From Flavobacteriales bacterium (lineage in GTDB: Bacteria; Bacteroidota; Bacteroidia; Flavobacteriales_C; GCA-002722245), in NCBI GenBank assembly GCA_002717515.1, contig PBEC01000017.1, forward strand, positions 9,159 through 73,158: a DNA stretch of 64,000 nucleotides. Reading direction: 5' to 3'. The notes under the pieces are model-generated. The model saw only the letters and a program-made list of their open reading frames with translations, was not told where the DNA came from and ran no database searches. This document shows positions 59,807-64,000 of the stretch, piece after piece. Numbering within the stretch: position 1 is the first letter of the stretch; every line of letters begins with the position of its first letter. The position numbers and the translations under genes are program-made.

Positions 59807-60418
59807 TTACAAAATTCCCATTTCAATTTTTCTTACAATATCCTCAATCATCCAATGCTTACCTTTTGGTTCGTAATTCAACTTAAGGGAATGACCAAAA
59901 AGAAGAGCTAACCCTTGATACATGGAAGCATTAAAATTCCCTCTTAATTCTTGAACCAATTCAAATGTGGTAAATCCTGTTTGTCGATCGATAAGCAAGA
60001 GCAGTATTTTTCCTTGAGTAACTGTTAAACTCTTCATTGCTTTTCCGTATTTTTTTCTAAGAGCCTTTTCAACTTTTTTCATTGCTTTTTTGCGAGATTC
60101 CGGATTTTTTCTGATTTCAGCCTCACATTCAATTAATTTTCGGGAAGCGAGTTTAGCGTATGGATATACTTTTTTGACATACCTTGTCATTTTTTTGTAC
60201 TTGTAGGATTCACGCTTATTTTTAAACTTCGGAGGTTTTGAATAGTCCCTTCCACCAACCGTGACTACAGACAGGTCACAAACTGCAACAGTATCTCCGT
60301 TTACTACTTTATACCTCAAGTAACTTTGAGCCTGAGTACTTTGAAAAATCAAAACGAATATCAATACAAAACCTATATTTTTTAAAACTTTATTAATCAT
60401 CATTTCCATAAACACCAC
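59807..60418 (-). CDS. Hypothetical secreted protein (DUF4294-like), Lys-rich
   Basis: Signal peptide MINKVLKNIGFVLIFVLIFQSTQA. YPYAKLASRKL...TVTQGKILLLLIDRQTG block. No catalytic motif. Confidence 0.4.
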   Translation of the reverse strand: MVFMEMMINKVLKNIGFVLIFVLIFQSTQAQSYLRYKVVNGDTVAVCDLSVVTVGGRDYSKPPKFKNKRESYKYKKMTRYVKKVYPYAKLASRKLIECEAEIRKNPESRKKAMKKVEKALRKKYGKAMKSLTVTQGKILLLLIDRQTGFTTFELVQELRGNFNASMYQGLALLFGHSLKLNYEPKGKHWMIEDIVRKIEMGIL

Positions 60419-60580
60419 AAACGGGCCTTATATTTTATACTCAGTTACTGCAATTAAGATACCAACTTATTCAAAACAAACTAAAATTACAGAGGTTTTA
60501 TTGCCTAAACAATTTGAAAGGTATTCTGGCGTTAATTGTTAAGCATACTTAACCATAAATAAATCACTAAATTTGCCGCC

Positions 60581-63139
60581 ATGCGAAATTGGCTTGCTGT
60601 ACTTTTTTTCCTCTTAACTCATTTGATTTTTTCTCAATCAACCGCAATGATTAGAGGTAAAATCTCAAATAAAAGCCAATCACCTATTCCAAATGTTCAA
60701 ATTTCAATATACCCCTTAAATTACATCATAACGTCTGATAGCTTAGGCTTTTTCAATGTAAAAGTTCCAGCAAACAAAAAACTTCAAATATCCTATTACC
60801 ACATCAATTATTATCCTTTTGGAGAAGAGGTCAATCTTTCTCCGGGCGAAGTTAAATTTCTATCGGTAATACTTGAAAAAAACACCATCACTACAGAAGC
60901 TGTGGTTATTCAAGAAAAAAAGAAAAATGATGCAACAAAAATTACTATAAATGCAGAAACAGCTCAAGATGTAATTTCCGCTAGTGACGATGGAATTAGT
61001 TTTGTAAAATCTTTAGCCTCAGTTAACAGTAATAATGAACTCTCCTCATCATATTCTGTTCGTGGTGGAAGTTTTGATGAAAATTTAATTTACGTAAACA
61101 ACATCCAGGTTTACCGCCCTTTTCTGGTGAGGGCTGGCCAGCAAGAAGGTTTGAGTTTTGTAAATGGAGATATGATTAAGGACATTTCATTCTCGGCAGG
61201 TGGTTTTGATGCTGTTTATGGAGATAAACTATCCTCTGTTTTGGATATAACTTACCGATCACCCGACTCAATTACTGGAGGATTAAGTGCAAGTATGTTA
61301 GGAGCCAGAGCTACTCTAGGTAACAAACATGGGAAATTATCTTACATTATGAGCGGAAGATACAAATCCAACTCATATCTTTTAGGAAGTCTAGAAACTC
61401 AGGCCGACTATCGTCCTTTATTTTTTGACTATCAAACCTACATTAATTACACAGCCAATAAAAAATGGTCTTTTGGTTTTCTTGGCAACTCAAGTTTAAA
61501 TCAATTTCGTATGGTTCCTCAGTCAAGGACAACTCGGTTTGGAGGTATTAATCAAGCGCTTCAACTCACTGTTTTTTTTACAGGTCAAGAAATAAGTAGT
61601 TTTCAAACCAACTTTGGCGCATTTACAACCGATTTTCACCCTTTTGGAAACGACTCAACTGTTTTAAAATTTACCATTAGTGGTTTCACTACAACAGAAG
61701 AAGAAACTTTTGATATCGAAGGTACTTATCGACTTAATGAATTAGAAACTAATTTTGGAGAAGACGATTTTGGTAAAGAAGCTGCCCTTTTAGGTAATGG
61801 CTCATTTTTAGACCACTCTAGAAACTTCTTAAATGCAACTATATACAACCTTGAACATACTGGGAAAAACGTATGGAAAAAAGGAATACTCAACTGGGGT
61901 GCAAAATACCAACATGAAGAAATTAGTGATCAACTCTTAGAATGGAAAAATCAGGATTCAGCAGGTTATAGCGTCCCTCACATCCAGGACGAAAATTTAA
62001 AATTCGCTTATTACTTGAAATCAAAAAATCAAATGTCAACCAATAGAATCACTGCATTTTTTCAAAACGACTGGAAATTTTTAGACAACAACGGAAGAAG
62101 TCAGCTATATGTTAAAACTGGAATTAGAGCCAACTATTGGGACTATAGTAATGAAACTGTTTTCTCTCCCAGAGCATCACTCACCTACACCCCATCTCCT
62201 CTAAAAAAAGATTCAATTGGCAACACAATAAAAGATTCTACTAATTTTTCCTACCGATTGGCCTGGGGTTATTATTACCAACCACCTTTTTACAGAGAAC
62301 TAAGGAATTTTAATGGAGAGATTGCAACATCAATAAAAGCACAAAAATCCATTCACTACGTTGCAGGTATTGATTACGACTTCTTTAAATGGAAACGACC
62401 ATTTACATGGCGAACTGAGGCTTATTACAAAGACATGGATGATATTATTCCGTTTGACATTGATAATGTTCGAATACGTTACTATGGAACAAATTCTGCA
62501 AAGGCATATGCATATGGACTAGAAACAAGAGTAAACGGTGAATTTGTGAAAGGTTTAGAGTCCTGGATAAGTATAAGTTATATGAAAACAGAGGAAGACA
62601 TAAAAAACGATATTTATTATAAGTATTATAATTCAAATTCTGAACAGATTATCTCAGGATTCACTATGGATCAATCCATCGACGATTCCATAAGCTTCAC
62701 AAGGGGCTACATGCCCAGAGTAACCGATCAAAGGGTTTCCGTAAAAATCTTTTTCCAGGATGAAATGCCAAAATTCAGGCAATTTAAGGTGCATTTAAAT
62801 TTAATTTATGCATCCGGTCAACCCTTTGGGGTGCCAGAATCGGTTGAAGGCAGAAACACCGAGAGAATGCCGGACTACCGTAGAGCAGACATTGGATTTA
62901 CCTACAAAATAGTTGAAGGTGGAAAACTCTATAAAAAAACAGGTAAAGTAGATATGCCTCAAAACCACATACTTAGGAATTTTAGAGAATTTGGAATCAG
63001 AGTCGAAGTATACAATTTACTGGATATTTCAAATACAATAAATCACCTCTGGATTTCCGACATTAACAACCAAGAATATGCTGTTCCAAATTTTTTAACA
63101 CCCAGATTGGTAAATTTAAGAATGACGGCAAAATTCTAA
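60581..63139 (+). CDS. TonB-dependent receptor-like outer-membrane protein with an N-terminal carboxypeptidase-regulatory-like domain
   Basis: Signal peptide. CarbopepD_reg-like IRGKISNKSQSPIPNVQISIYP. Plug-like region (DISFSAGGFDAVYGDK). Beta-rich with a C-terminal aromatic residue (..RMTAKF). Confidence 0.6.
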   Translation: MRNWLAVLFFLLTHLIFSQSTAMIRGKISNKSQSPIPNVQISIYPLNYIITSDSLGFFNVKVPANKKLQISYYHINYYPFGEEVNLSPGEVKFLSVILEKNTITTEAVVIQEKKKNDATKITINAETAQDVISASDDGISFVKSLASVNSNNELSSSYSVRGGSFDENLIYVNNIQVYRPFLVRAGQQEGLSFVNGDMIKDISFSAGGFDAVYGDKLSSVLDITYRSPDSITGGLSASMLGARATLGNKHGKLSYIMSGRYKSNSYLLGSLETQADYRPLFFDYQTYINYTANKKWSFGFLGNSSLNQFRMVPQSRTTRFGGINQALQLTVFFTGQEISSFQTNFGAFTTDFHPFGNDSTVLKFTISGFTTTEEETFDIEGTYRLNELETNFGEDDFGKEAALLGNGSFLDHSRNFLNATIYNLEHTGKNVWKKGILNWGAKYQHEEISDQLLEWKNQDSAGYSVPHIQDENLKFAYYLKSKNQMSTNRITAFFQNDWKFLDNNGRSQLYVKTGIRANYWDYSNETVFSPRASLTYTPSPLKKDSIGNTIKDSTNFSYRLAWGYYYQPPFYRELRNFNGEIATSIKAQKSIHYVAGIDYDFFKWKRPFTWRTEAYYKDMDDIIPFDIDNVRIRYYGTNSAKAYAYGLETRVNGEFVKGLESWISISYMKTEEDIKNDIYYKYYNSNSEQIISGFTMDQSIDDSISFTRGYMPRVTDQRVSVKIFFQDEMPKFRQFKVHLNLIYASGQPFGVPESVEGRNTERMPDYRRADIGFTYKIVEGGKLYKKTGKVDMPQNHILRNFREFGIRVEVYNLLDISNTINHLWISDINNQEYAVPNFLTPRLVNLRMTAKF

Positions 63140-63142
63140 TTT

Positions 63143-64000
63143 CTACTTTTGATTCGCAGAGGCAATTCTCTTAAGGGCCTTTTCACGAATAACATCTTTC
63201 ACGGGACGGCTGTTGATTTTACTTTCCAACCATGAAATAATATCAAAGTAAACGAATGCTCTTTTCTCATAAGGATTAACTGTCAAAGGAATCAATTGAT
63301 CATGAAGTTCTGAAAAAGCTTCTTTTAAGTTGTCTCTGGTTAGCGTATTCAAACGCTTTAAAAAACGTACAATTCGTTTTTGATAAAAGTGTAAATCATC
63401 TTTTTTAGCCAAGAACCTGTAGGTAGAACGCGCATAATATTCGACTAAATCATCATTGTTCAATTCATAGTGAGATATCAAAATTAAAATTCTTGCAAAA
63501 CCTGAGATATCACTACGAATGTCTTCATCTTTTGCATTTATTATTTTGTTTAACCAAGTAATTGCTTCTTTGTATTGATCATTTCCGAAATACATACAGG
63601 CAAATTTATAGTAAAAGATTTGCTTGGAATGATTATTAAGCTTGTCGCTATATACCTCCAGTTTTTTAGCAACATCCTCAACCTCAACGACTCCTTTATT
63701 AAACTCACCAAGCATAAAGTGCTTGTCCAATTTATGTTTTGAGGAATATTTAAACATCAGGTAAGCAACATTTTCTGTTACTTTTAATGACTCTTGACTT
63801 ATTATTGCTTCAAATTTCAAACTAGTTTGAATAAATTCTTCATATTGAGAAAGCTTACTTTGGCTGTCGAGTAATGAATTAATCGATTTAACATACATTT
63901 CAAGTTTACTTTGAATTATACTGTTGTTACCTTCAAACAAAGCCACAAGTTTTTTCGCATAATCGTATGCTCTCCTGTAATCTTGAATAAAGAAATAATA
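63143..64000 (-). CDS. Hypothetical alpha-helical (TPR-like) protein; 5' end runs off the window
   Basis: The frame stays open to the window edge (upstream residues ..YYFFIQDYRRAYDYAKKL). The Met at 63946 in the ORF track is actually a GTG codon, so it is not the true start. Confidence 0.35.
   Translation of the reverse strand, partial: YYFFIQDYRRAYDYAKKLVALFEGNNSIIQSKLEMYVKSINSLLDSQSKLSQYEEFIQTSLKFEAIISQESLKVTENVAYLMFKYSSKHKLDKHFMLGEFNKGVVEVEDVAKKLEVYSDKLNNHSKQIFYYKFACMYFGNDQYKEAITWLNKIINAKDEDIRSDISGFARILILISHYELNNDDLVEYYARSTYRFLAKKDDLHFYQKRIVRFLKRLNTLTRDNLKEAFSELHDQLIPLTVNPYEKRAFVYFDIISWLESKINSRPVKDVIREKALKRIASANQK

Noticed and set aside
63944-63946. Apparent Met start of the last minus-strand ORF
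   Set aside because: The codon is GTG and the frame stays open to the window edge. The gene is most likely 5'-truncated by the window rather than starting here.
1-64000. CRISPR arrays, IS elements and integrons
   Set aside because: No direct-repeat/spacer arrays, transposase or integrase ORFs, or terminal inverted repeats were seen. The only tandem repeat is the coding 21-mer at 49074..49165.

Overview
This 64 kb window is AT-rich chromosomal DNA that looks like Bacteroidota, probably a Flavobacteriia-like marine or halotolerant organism. The signs are two proteins with type IX secretion (T9SS/Por) C-terminal sorting domains, many SpII-type lipoprotein signals, a TAnnTTTG -7 promoter element, BshC, and a bifunctional sucrose-phosphate synthase. 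Coding density is high, about 50 CDSs. I found no rRNA or tRNA genes, CRISPR arrays, transposases or integrases.

Recognisable genes on the + strand are katG, an ECF sigma factor with a large anti-sigma-like partner, creD, mnmA, a pheA-aminotransferase-tyrA operon followed by topB, plsY, yggS and gatC-gatA. On the - strand they are cysH, a thioester-type alpha-2-macroglobulin, gcvT with a glycosyltransferase, a second ECF sigma/anti-sigma/periplasmic module, bshC, an SPS operon, an HMG-CoA lyase and a NarL-type response regulator.

The most unusual feature is one uninterrupted 1110-codon ORF (42959..46291). It fuses a complete GatB, the B subunit of the Asp/Glu-tRNA amidotransferase, to a complete bacterial-type aspartyl-tRNA synthetase. 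It sits directly after gatC and gatA, so the locus looks like a covalently hard-wired transamidosome operon (gatC-gatA-gatB::aspS).

Other points worth a second look:
- a CotH / bacterial expansin (EXLX, T9SS-secreted) / CotH cluster
- an SPS / GH32-like / bshC operon
- a lipoprotein-anchored, exported KatG followed by a CxxC-x6-CxxC lipoprotein
- a lipoprotein alpha-2-macroglobulin with a CIEQ thioester and no adjacent pbpC
- a membrane-anchored MutS-like ATPase

All calls come from reading the translated ORFs and the DNA by eye. No database searches were run.
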